Part shown: one piece after another, positions 50,926 to 60,506 of the stretch | Numbering within the stretch: the stretch's first letter is position 1 | How the letters are laid out: every line of letters starts with the position of its first letter | Source of the DNA: Cyanophora paradoxa CCMP329 | Lineage: Eukaryota > Plantae > Glaucophyta | Reading direction: 5' to 3' | Length of the DNA stretch: 64,000 nucleotides | Assembly (NCBI GenBank): GCA_004431415.1 | Contig: QPMI01000470.1 | Location: forward strand, 248,001-312,000 | Position numbers and translations under genes: made by a program | Notes under the pieces: generated by a model | The model's database searches: none | Told to the model about the DNA's origin: nothing | Seen by the model: only the letters and a program-made list of their open reading frames with translations

Positions 50926-51219
50926 ATGTACATGAGAGTCCTCAAGCGCCTCCGTGACGCCGGCCTCGCGGATATCGAAATTCAAGACCTTGTCTACCAG
51001 ATGCGCAGCGGGAGCGAGCAGCGCGCCAGCCGCGTGGCTCTGCGGGCGCTCGAAGCGGCGGGCCGCCTCACCATGCTCTCGCAAGACGGCTCTCTTCAGG
51101 ACCGCCGCCGCTGGCTGCCGCTCACCCCCATGGTCGACTTCCGCCTCGACCCCCTCCAGAAGGCCTGGATCGCCTATGTTTACGGCGAGCCCTCTGCAGA
51201 CAACACCATCATCTTCTAG
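50926..51219 (+). CDS. Small hypothetical protein (97 aa)
   Basis: Protein-like composition (MYMRVLKRLRDAGLADIEIQDLVYQM...). No family recognised. Confidence 0.45.
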   Translation: MYMRVLKRLRDAGLADIEIQDLVYQMRSGSEQRASRVALRALEAAGRLTMLSQDGSLQDRRRWLPLTPMVDFRLDPLQKAWIAYVYGEPSADNTIIF

Positions 51220-52142
51220 CCAGCTGTTCAGGGTTAGGGGTAGGCCGCGCGAACACAAATCATGCGCAGCGTTTTTCCGCTCCAGAACAATCTTTCATAT
51301 ACAGTGCGCTGAATCTGGCCTTTCATTCACGCTTTTCTTTATTCGGTTAGATCGCAGCGTCTGCATATCAGCCCTTTTCTATTCTTTTCAATCATATATA
51401 ATCTGTGTCTATCTTTACTACTTCAACCTGCCGCGCGCGCTGGGCCGGGGTCGTCTGCCCCGTGCATGTTCGTGCCACTACTACTCTTTCCGAAGTTCAT
51501 TAGATCCCGATTCCCCCCTTGCACCCCCGGCGCGCCAAACGCGGCCGGGCCCCTAGTATGTAATTAGAGTCGACGTCGTATGTATCGTACGTATACGGTA
51601 CGCAAGTTTACAGTCTAGTCAATAGATGCGTGCGGTGACATCAGCATTTGCTTGGCGGATCCCAGACTGCATGTAGCACCTGTACATCCGCATCTGCTCA
51701 TCATTACAAAACTATTGCAAGTACTAACGCGATTTTTCGTCTGTACTCTACGTATATATACGTATACCATGTACTCACAATGTACATTGGTATACGTATG
51801 CATGCGCAACGTACACGTGCGCGTTGCACGCGTATGTACGACGTCGACGTCGACAAGTCACTGCAACAGTACTAGTCATATATATGGCTCAGACGCGCAC
51901 GTGGCGAAAAAGAGGGCACAGAACGTCCTCGCCGTTGCCTCTCCAGGATGCGAGGTTCGGCGCCCCCGCCCCCCGCGAGAAATTTGCGCGATTCATTTTG
52001 CCCGCGCGGCCGCACGCGTCACGCAGGACGACCTCTCGTGGGGCGTGCGCAATATTCAGGGGGCCGTGCGATTTACTAGTTATAGATAGAGCGTCGCTTG
52101 CACGTGCACATTGTATTTTTGGCTCCGACCAACTTGTCGTGT

Positions 52143-52958
52143 CGGGGTACTCGAACGATCGTTTCGGCCCAACGCTAAATTCGCACGAATCCAACCGCGC
52201 TACGCGGTCTCTCCCGCGCCTATAAAAAGGCGGCCCAGCCGCGCCCCTCCTCATTCTTTGCCTCGCGGAAACCATGGAGCCGACCGCCGCCGCCGCCATC
52301 ACCGCCGCCCCCGCCGCCCGCCCGGAGGCCCAGCCGGGCGCGACGGCCCCGGGGACGGCGTCCCGCCCCGCGGTCTGGACCGCCGACCGCGTCGCGCTGC
52401 TCGTCGCGACCGCCGGCCTCCCCGCCGAGCCCGAGCTCGACGCCCTCATCCTCGACGCGCTGACGGGGTTCGATTACGAGGAGGAGTGCGCGCGGGCCGG
52501 CCTCTCCCTCCCCCTCTCCCCGCTCAGCGTCGCCGATGAGCGCTAGAGATCTCGAGATGCCGCTTCTACCACGACCCCCGCCGCCAGCTGCAGTACACGT
52601 AGCCCGTGCTTGTGAGCGTGCGTGTGTGCTGTAAGCTGACTTGTAATTAGAATTGGATGCTGCATTCGAATTCGAATTCGAGTTCAGACACTGCGAGTGC
52701 CGCCACTTGTCAACTCGTGCGTCTAAATAAGCTCTGTAGCTTGTCTTCATTGCATTTCTAAATATATGCATATGAGAGAGTATGGAGCGTTCCGAGCGTT
52801 CCCGGCGTTCCGGCGCCGGCCCCCCTTGCCTCTGGGCGGCCCAACGCAAGAGCATCCACGGGCGCCGGCGGCGTTGAGGTTGCGTGCTGCGCTGCAGGGC
52901 CGGCGCAGGGTAGGGAGGGCTGGTCCGGAACGCCTAACGCGGAACGCGACTGGGGTAT
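52143..52958 (+). repeat. Direct repeat unit 1: promoter + MEPTAA gene + 3' region + partial GGAAT repeat (copy 5, 52745-52958)
   Basis: Colinear with 54805-55808. The coding part is near-identical and the 3' part has diverged with indels. Confidence 0.85.
52274..52546 (+). CDS. Small orphan protein, MEPTAA family copy 2 (90 aa)
   Basis: Identical protein to 54936-55208. TATA at 52221. Confidence 0.75.
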   Translation: MEPTAAAAITAAPAARPEAQPGATAPGTASRPAVWTADRVALLVATAGLPAEPELDALILDALTGFDYEEECARAGLSLPLSPLSVADER

Positions 52959-53296
52959 GGCCAGGCCTAGGCGGCAAAGGGAAAGGGTGCCCGCAACACA
53001 CCACAATTTCTACCATTTTCTGCCGCGCCCGGCGGCCGAATTGCGAGCCGCTGGGCCGACGAGCGCTATAGCTCTGATCCCGTTGCGATCAGCTTCATAA
53101 CATAGCCAGCCCGCGCTGTGCGTATCTCAGAGTCTATGCCGACAGCCGAGAAATTTGAATTCACATATCATAGCTATATAAATATAGTATCATAGTATAC
53201 AGCTGCATCAAATTTCGCGCGCAATCGAGTGAAAACTGCCAAAAAATAAAGAAACACATGCACATGTACGTATACGCCACGACAGGTCAGACCTGG

Positions 53297-54385
53297 CTAC
53301 GCGCAAGGTTTGCGCACGCGGCCGAGGCCGCGCAGGCCGGCTGCTTTCGCGCAGCTGCCGGCGCGCGCGCGATCGATGTCCGCGAGGCGCCGCGCAAGGG
53401 TGTCGAGCTCGGCATTGTCTCCCGGCTTTGCGAGCGCCGAGTAGAGCATGTGGGCCGTGGGCTGGCCAGCGCTCACAAACTGGAGGCCTTGGTAGGCCAT
53501 CCAGTCTTCCATCGTCACGCAGGCCCAGTCGGGGCAGTCGGCGGCGGCCTGGTTCAGCGTGCGCACGTCGAACCAGGGGCCCGCCGCGGTGCGGGTGGTG
53601 CGGCTCCGCCCGAGGTCAAAGGCGCACGCGATCCCGGCAAGCGCGGCGCAGTCCTTGCGCGCAGCGTTGGTGCTCTCGATGGCCCGGTTCAGGTTCACCG
53701 CCGCCTCGAACTCGGCGCTCCTGCCGGGGCGGCCGCCGCGGCCGGCGCCGTGCGCAAGGGCCGCGAGCTTGAAAGTGGTGCGATCGAACCGGACGATGTG
53801 CATGAACGAGGAGACGGGCACCGTCGTCGCCCCGGGAGGGAGCTGACCGCGGCTCCGGTTGCACTCCTCTGTGACGTCGACGAACCACGCGGGCGCCGCC
53901 CGCGCCGCGGCGTCGAGGGCGCGGTAGGCCTCGCCCTTGGCGGCGCCGAGGCGCACGGCGGCCCGCTGGACGCTCCTGTTCGCGAGGATAAAGGCCTTCA
54001 TCTTCTTCTCCCCCGCGTCCACCTCGCCGTCGCGCGCGGCCTCCTCGGCCTCCTCCAGGGCGTCGCGCACCGCGCGCGCCTCGGTCGCGCAGGGGCGCGC
54101 AGCGGGGCCCGAGAGCGCCTCCAGACCGTCGGCGGCGGTGCGCGCGCGGGCGGCGCACTCGTCGCCAAAGAGGCCGCCTGAGCGCTCGCGGAGGCTGCTG
54201 CAGGTCCAGCGGATGGCGAGGATGTCGGGGGCGCAGAGGGAGCCGACCTCGACGACGTGGCGGAGGAGCTCGTCGGGGAGGTGGAAGAGGGTGAGGCTGC
54301 TGGGGCGGGGCCCGGTCGCGCGCGACGCAGGCGCGACGGCGGCCTTGGGGAGCGTCGCGAGGAGGTCGGCGGTCGCGAGGGCCAT
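53297..54385 (-). CDS. Intronless F-box protein
   Basis: LFHLPDELLRHVVEVGSLCAPDILAIRWTCSSLR fits the F-box consensus. CATAAAA and CACATTC upstream. Confidence 0.8.
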   Translation of the reverse strand: MALATADLLATLPKAAVAPASRATGPRPSSLTLFHLPDELLRHVVEVGSLCAPDILAIRWTCSSLRERSGGLFGDECAARARTAADGLEALSGPAARPCATEARAVRDALEEAEEAARDGEVDAGEKKMKAFILANRSVQRAAVRLGAAKGEAYRALDAAARAAPAWFVDVTEECNRSRGQLPPGATTVPVSSFMHIVRFDRTTFKLAALAHGAGRGGRPGRSAEFEAAVNLNRAIESTNAARKDCAALAGIACAFDLGRSRTTRTAAGPWFDVRTLNQAAADCPDWACVTMEDWMAYQGLQFVSAGQPTAHMLYSALAKPGDNAELDTLARRLADIDRARAGSCAKAAGLRGLGRVRKPCA

Positions 54386-54804
54386 GGTTCCAAGGCGGAG
54401 GCAAAGGGCGGGCGGGGCTGCGCAGAAACGTTTCGACGACAAGGAATGTGTGCCTCGCTCGGGCGCGGGGCGGCTTTTATGGGTGCGTGGGAGGCTACAT
54501 TGCAACGGGCAGAAGCCAAGGCGATTCGCGTTCAGGGCATACCCCTTTAGCTAGGAGGCGCAGGGGGTAGGGAGGGGTTGCGGGCGGTGGGCGAGGGCCA
54601 ACGGCGCCGTCTCCAAGCCTCCCGCGAGCGCGGTGCACGTCGCTCGCGCGCGCGTTCGGGTTAGAAAACGCGTGCACGAAGCGAACTAGCGACGTTTGCA
54701 CTTTGCGATACAGGGTCAAAGCTGAAGGTCGTCGCCCCTGCAGCGTACACGCGTTGGCGCCGCCGCCAGTCGCATTTCACTCGGATTCGGCCGACTGATG
54801 AGTC

Positions 54805-55808
54805 AGGGATACTTGAACGCTCGTCTCGGCCCAACGATAGATTCGCACGAATCCAACCGCGCTACGCGGTCTCTCCCGCGCCTATAAAAAGGCGGCCCAG
54901 CCGCGCCCCTCCTCATTCTTTGCATCGCAGAAATTATGGAGCCGACCGCCGCCGCCGCCATCACCGCCGCCCCCGCCGCCCGCCCGGAGGCCCAGCCGGG
55001 CGCGACGGCCCCGGGGACGGCGTCGCGCCCCGCGGTCTGGACCGCCGACCGCGTCGCGCTGCTCGTCGCGACCGCCGGCCTCCCCGCCGAGCCCGAGCTC
55101 GACGCCCTCATCCTCGACGCGCTGACGGGGTTCGATTACGAGGAGGAGTGCGCGCGGGCCGGCCTCTCCCTCCCCCTCTCCCCGCTCAGCGTCGCCGATG
55201 AGCGCTAGAGAAATGCCGCTTCGACCATGCCCCCGTTGCCAGTATACGTGCTCGCAGCCCGTGGTGTGGGTATGTGTGTATGTGAGCTGTAAGCTGGTTT
55301 GTCATTGTATGCTGAATTCGAATTCGAGTTCAGATACTGCGATTCGAATGTCGTGAGAGTCGCCATCTGTCATTTTTTAATTGCAACTCGTGCACGCGCA
55401 CCGATCTAAAGCTAACTGTAGATCTTCCCCGAGATAATTGTATCTAATTATAAGTACTTCTATGATAAGCTTTGTAGCTCGTCTTTGATTTTGACTCAAA
55501 TGGTTTTATTCATGGTCATGAGTGATATCTCGAGCTCATAATCAGGATCGATCCGCGAATACGTACCCGCCGCCTACGCCTCTGCTTGTCATCATTCCCT
55601 TTGCATTCCTCTCTTCATTCCATTTCTAAATGTATGAGAGAGTATGGAGCGTTCCGTGCGTTCCAGCGTTCCGGGCCCCTTGCCTCTCGGCGACCCAACG
55701 AGGAGCATGCACGGGGGCGCCGGCGGCGTCGAGTTTTGTTGCGGCTGCGCACGGCCGGGGGCAGAAGTAGGTCTGGAACGCTGGAATGCGGAACGCGGCC
55801 GGGGGTAC
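54805..55808 (+). repeat. Direct repeat unit 2, including GGAAT repeat copy 6 (55563-55808, minus orientation)
   Basis: Colinear with 52143-52958. Confidence 0.85.
54936..55208 (+). CDS. Small orphan protein, MEPTAA family copy 3 (90 aa)
   Basis: Identical protein to 52274-52546. TATA at 54883. Confidence 0.75.
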   Translation: MEPTAAAAITAAPAARPEAQPGATAPGTASRPAVWTADRVALLVATAGLPAEPELDALILDALTGFDYEEECARAGLSLPLSPLSVADER

Positions 55809-55977
55809 AGGGCGAGAGAAGCTTAAGCCCAAGGCCTGCAGCTGCTTCCGAGAGGACCGGACGGGGCCGGCGCACTCAAGTTGCTGTTCGAGAACGCATA
55901 AATACCACCGACTCGACCCCGAAAACAGCAGCAACCAGGACCGCCTCCGACGCCAAAACAACCAAGACGGGACGTCC

Positions 55978-56946
55978 ATGTGCAAGGACACGTTTGAAAT
56001 TGTGGAGAGCGACGAGGGACCCATCTGCACTCGGTGCGGCGTCTGCATCGACTCTCTCGACCACGAAGACCTCGCCCGCGCCTACGGCCACGCCCCTGAT
56101 GCAGAGGACGACGCGCTCGCAGAGATGATAACCGTGCACGTTGCCGCCCCGCCCAGCCCGCGCATCTGCAGCGGCACGCCTGCCTCGGCCTCCAGGCCTA
56201 GAACCGGGCCGGCGAATTTAAACGGATCGGATCCCGCGCACGAATCGGAAGCCGGGTGCGGCCTCTCGGAGCCCCACGGACAGGAGCTGCCCCAGTGGGG
56301 TTCGGACGAGGAGACGGAGACGACGGACGACGGCTCGCCGTCCCGGGACCCGGCCGCCCCGCGAGTGAAGCGCGGGACGTTCGACGTCGGTCCGGCGGTG
56401 GGGCGGGCGCTGCAGAGGGCCGCCGACGCCATGGACCTTCCCGAGGGGGTCGTGCGCCTGGCGCGCGAGGTGCTCGCGCCGCGCAAGCTCCGCTCGGGCC
56501 ACAACGCGGCGGTCGCGGCGGCGGCCGCGCTCTACTGGGCGGCCAACGCCATGCGGTGCCCCAGGACCGTCGCAGAGGCCACCGACTGGGCGCCCGGGCT
56601 CGTCAACCGCCGCAGCGCCTTTCTGCTCATGGTCCGCAAAATCGCCGGCTGGCACGGGGGCAGCGTCCGGTACGTGCCGAAGCCGCTGGACTACATCGAC
56701 CGGCTCGCCGCCCGCATCGGACTCTCGGGCAAGGAGCGCGAGGCGGCCCGCGAGCGCGCGAGGGCGCTCGCCGCGGCCGGCTCGGGCCGCTCGCCCGTCG
56801 TCCTCGCGGCGGCGGCCATCTGCGCCGCCACGGGCCTGCCCCACGACGCGGTGGCCGGCGCCGCGGGCATCACCGCCTGCGGGGTGCGCAAGGGGATGGC
56901 CGCCTTGCGCGCGCACCTGTCCAGTCCTCTTGTGGGCGCGAGCTAG
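55978..56946 (+). CDS. Intronless divergent TFIIB-family transcription initiation factor
   Basis: Partial Zn ribbon MC...SDEGPICTRCGVC, cyclin repeat 1 (DAMDLPEGV...AVAAAAALYWAA...PRTVAE), linker PLDYIDRLAARIGL and repeat 2 GRSPVVLAAAAI. TAAATA at 55899. Confidence 0.88.
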   Translation: MCKDTFEIVESDEGPICTRCGVCIDSLDHEDLARAYGHAPDAEDDALAEMITVHVAAPPSPRICSGTPASASRPRTGPANLNGSDPAHESEAGCGLSEPHGQELPQWGSDEETETTDDGSPSRDPAAPRVKRGTFDVGPAVGRALQRAADAMDLPEGVVRLAREVLAPRKLRSGHNAAVAAAAALYWAANAMRCPRTVAEATDWAPGLVNRRSAFLLMVRKIAGWHGGSVRYVPKPLDYIDRLAARIGLSGKEREAARERARALAAAGSGRSPVVLAAAAICAATGLPHDAVAGAAGITACGVRKGMAALRAHLSSPLVGAS

Positions 56947-57134
56947 AACGATTCCGAAGACTCGAATTTGCGCGTGAATTTCGCGTCTTTGAAATTTCGC
57001 AAGCCTAGGGCCTGGGTCCAGGCCGGGTACGATTATAGCGCCGTTGAGAGAGATCGCGAGCTCGAGGGAGATTCTGAGAGGCAGAGCCTGCAACGCGTAA
57101 ATAGAGCCCGGGGGCCCCGCGCCGGCACGAGTAG

Positions 57135-59376
57135 ATGGCAGCGGGAGACGCGGATGACGTTCCTGCCCCTTCGGGCTCGGGCCCGGGCGGCGGCACCCCG
57201 GCCGCGGGCGCCGGCGCCGGCGCCGACCTGGCGTCGGCGGCGGCCCCTCCAGCTCCCGTCCCGCCGCCCGAGCCCGAGTCCCGCCCCGGCCGCGTCGCCC
57301 TGCCGGCCTACTTTTCCGAGTGGCGGCACGAGATGATCAACTTTCGCCACCAGTGCGCGCGCTGCGGCTGCCGGCAGCCCCTGCCGCCGCTGTTCCTCTA
57401 CCCCTGCACGGTGGCCGCGCTGCTCGAGCGGACGGGCGCCAAGACTGTGAGCGAGGCGATCGACGCGCACCCGCGGGCGGCCGCCAACGTCTTTCGCGGC
57501 GGGCGCATCGCCTGCACCCCGTGCGCCCTCTCGCTCGCCTCGGGCGGGGCCTTTCCACAGGCCTCGGCCCCGCGGGGCCCGAAGGCTTGAATCCCGACGG
57601 CGGGGCGTGCGGCGCGGCCGGCTGCGACCACGCCGCCCTCTCGCCCTGCAGCCGGCTCGACGCCTACGCCTCCTACCTGGGGTACATCGTCGAGGGAGGG
57701 GAACCGCGGGCGTGGACGGAGGGCGAGGCCTGCGGGCGCGCCCTCTTGGCGTCCGTGCACGAGGTCGGGGCGAGGCTGCGCCTCCCCGCTCCCGCCCCGC
57801 CGCCGGCCCCTCTGCCGCCTCTTCCGCCCCCCGACCCCCCCGCCGCGGCCGCCGGGGCCGCCGCCGGAGGAGAGCCGCAGACGGCCGCCGCCGCGGCGAG
57901 CTCGAGCTCGAGCGCTGCGGGAGGGGCGGCGCCCAAGGAGCCGCGATCGCCCGCGACCCGACGCAGGGGCGGCGGCGCGCGCGCTGGCGGCGGCTCGCGA
58001 TCGGGCGGCCCGTCTCGATCGGGAGGGGGAGCGTCGTCCTCGCGCGCGGCGGCCACGGGCAAGCGGGCGGCGCGGGACGGGGAGCCCTCCGACCGCGAGA
58101 GCTCGAAAGAAGAGGAGGAAGAGCGGGACGAGCTCGCAGAAGAGGACGAAGCTGCGGCGGCCGCGGCCGGCGGCGCAAAGGCCAAGGGGCGCCCCGGCGC
58201 CTCTGCACGACGGCCCCGGCCGGCGGCGAGGACGAGGAGGAGGAAGAGGCTCCGGAACAGTCCGACAAGGGCGCGGGGCCCAGCTCCAGGGCGAGGCGCA
58301 AGCGCTCCAAGTGGGCCGCAGCCGCAGACGACAGGCGCCCCTGGCGGAGCGACAAGCTCATCAAGGTGCGCCCAGCGAGATGGAGCTCAAATTAATTATA
58401 AGATTGAAAGCTGCGGCCCCCTTACCTCGCGCGCGCAGGTCCTGGTGGCGGCCTACGCCGTGCCGAGCGAAGAGGGAGACGAAGACGCCGAGGGGAGCTC
58501 CGGCGGCGGCGGCGGCGGCGGCGCGGCGGCGGCGGGCGGGGGCGAGGGCAGCGCCGCCGGCTCGGGCGCGGAAGAGGACGACGAGGACGAGTGGGAGGCG
58601 GCCCAGCGCGAGCGGTGGGCCAAGTCGTTCGAGCGCCTGGTGGAGGAGCTCGAGGGCGACGGGGACGGCGGGGGCAGCAAGGGCAAGCAGCCGGCCGAGG
58701 ACGACGGCATCGACCGGGACGGATTCGAGGCGATCGTCATGGGGCTAGAGGGGGGCATCTCCCCTGAGCTGGTCGGGCTGAGGCTGGACGCCAGCGCCGA
58801 GGCGCGGGCCGAGCTCCTGCGCTCCGCGACCGAGGCGGGCGTGGGGCGCCTGCGGGCCCTCTTGCTCATCGCCTGCGCCGTGCTGGGCATCTACGAGCGC
58901 TTTGCGGCGCGCTTCAGCCGGAGCCGCCGCTCGTGGGGATTCTTTCGCCAGGTGCACCAAATTTCGCGCCCTTTAATTTTGTACAACTTCAGAGAGGCGA
59001 CGCGCGGGCGCAGCTCAACGTCGACCCGCGCTACGACGACGCCCTGCGCTGCTGCGGCTTCCGCACCGACGAGCCGACCTTCAAGGCTCGCACCTACCTC
59101 GAGCTGCGCCACCTCGCCTCGACCGTCCGGCGCTTCCCCGGCCTCGCGCGCGTGGCCGGCGCGGCGCACGCGCAGGACTTCGTCAACTTTGTGCCGCTGC
59201 TGCTCCGCGCGGACGAGCGCGGGCTGGAGGAGGTCTGGCAGCGGCTGGAGGACGAGCTGCCCGAGGGGATGACGCTGCCGGACGACCTGCTGGCCGAGGC
59301 GGCCGACCGGGGCGACGGCGGGCCTGGCTCGGACGGAGGCGAGGGCGGCGCCGGCTCGGACGGGGAGGGCGCGTAG
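57135..59376 (+). CDS. Multi-exon orphan protein B (paralog of 31014-34490)
   Basis: ORFs 57135-57590, 57320-59272 and 58933-59376 are joined by introns (~58366-58438, ~58952-58992) and apparent frameshifts (~57560, ~58190). TAAATA at 57098. Confidence 0.65.
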
Positions 59377-59498
59377 CGCCGCCCCGGCCCGCGGCCGCGG
59401 CCGGGGCGGGGCCGGGCCGGCCCCGGGCCGGATCCCGATAAATACGGGCGGGGATCCCCCGCGGAGCGGCACCGGAATCGAGAGCGGCCGACGTCACG

Positions 59499-59915
59499 AT
59501 GGGCCTGGAATCGATCGAGCTCGTCGACATCGCGATCTACCCCACCTCTGCGTTTCCGACGGCGAGGGAGGGCGTGCGCGTCAACACGTACCACGCGGTC
59601 AGGGACGCGCTGGACGTGAGCATGACGCCGCACGGGCTGCGCGCCTCGACCTGCGTGCGCGAGGACGCCATCCCGATCCTGCGCAAGCACGAGCGCAAGG
59701 GCTACGCGCGGCTCACGGCGTACGTCGAGGACGAGGGTGGCGTCGCCGTCACGCACATCGTACTCGCCCGCGACGAGCGCGAGGTCGCGCCGCCCAAGCC
59801 CCGCGCGGCCGCCGGCGGCGTCGCCGCCCCCGGCAAGAAGGCCGCCGGCCCCAAGATCAAGGCCGAGAAGCCCAAGCCCAAGGGGGAGGCGGGCGAGGAG
59901 GGCTCGGACGAGTGA
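59499..59915 (+). CDS. Hypothetical protein (138 aa) with a Lys/Pro-rich tail
   Basis: Clean ATG ORF with TAAATA at 59439. Confidence 0.72.
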   Translation: MGLESIELVDIAIYPTSAFPTAREGVRVNTYHAVRDALDVSMTPHGLRASTCVREDAIPILRKHERKGYARLTAYVEDEGGVAVTHIVLARDEREVAPPKPRAAAGGVAAPGKKAAGPKIKAEKPKPKGEAGEEGSDE

Positions 59916-60351
59916 TCCTTTTGGAGTCTGTTAGCTACAGCTCGAACGCCCGTTGCAGATAGGACCCGCCGACTCGTTCTGCGCAAGAGTTTGCGTATTG
60001 CAGTGCCCTCTAGATCTGGTATTGAGAGCGCGGGCGCCGGCGGGCCGGGGCGGTGGGCTAGAGCGCGCGCCGATATCGCGATCGATCCGCCTGCGCTCAG
60101 CGGCTGGCAGCGGCGCCGCTCGCCGGCCGCTTCCTGCCGAATCCCCTCTATACCACCTTTTAGCTCTCGAAAGCGAGCCGTGCGCGGGCCCGAGGCGCCA
60201 GCCGGCGCCGCGGCGACGCGCGCGCGCGCGCGGCGCGTGCGTGCTCCCGGCGGGCCGTGCCGGGGACGTCTCGGTGCACCAAGAGTCGTTTCCAAACACA
60301 ATAGAGCAAATCGCGCCGAGCGAGCGCGTCGCCGCGCGTCGGTTGCGGGAA

Positions 60352-60377
60352 TCCAGTCGTTGGCATGCCAACGACTG
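60352..60377. other. Second copy of the palindrome (TCCAGTCGTTGGCATGCCAACGACTG); candidate recombination or resolution site (right)
   Basis: 26/26 identical to 34544-34569, with a 24-bp perfect dyad. Lies in the spacer between convergent genes. Confidence 0.8.
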
Positions 60378-60506
60378 AAACGACCCCCCCTCCCGGGGGG
60401 GAGGAAAAGGGGGGGAGAAAGCGGGGGGTACACCCGCCGATGGGCGCCGTCCGCTCCGCCCCGGTCCCTCAGACGCCCGTGCGCTGGCGATCCCGGTGCT
60501 CGGCGG

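Noticed and set aside
52143-55808. LTR retrotransposon
   Set aside because: No TG..CA ends, PBS/PPT or gag/pol, and the repeats themselves contain a gene.
34544-60377. Canonical Polinton/Maverick bounded by TIRs
   Set aside because: No long TIR, no 6-bp TSD, and no pPolB, rve integrase, capsid or packaging ATPase recognised.
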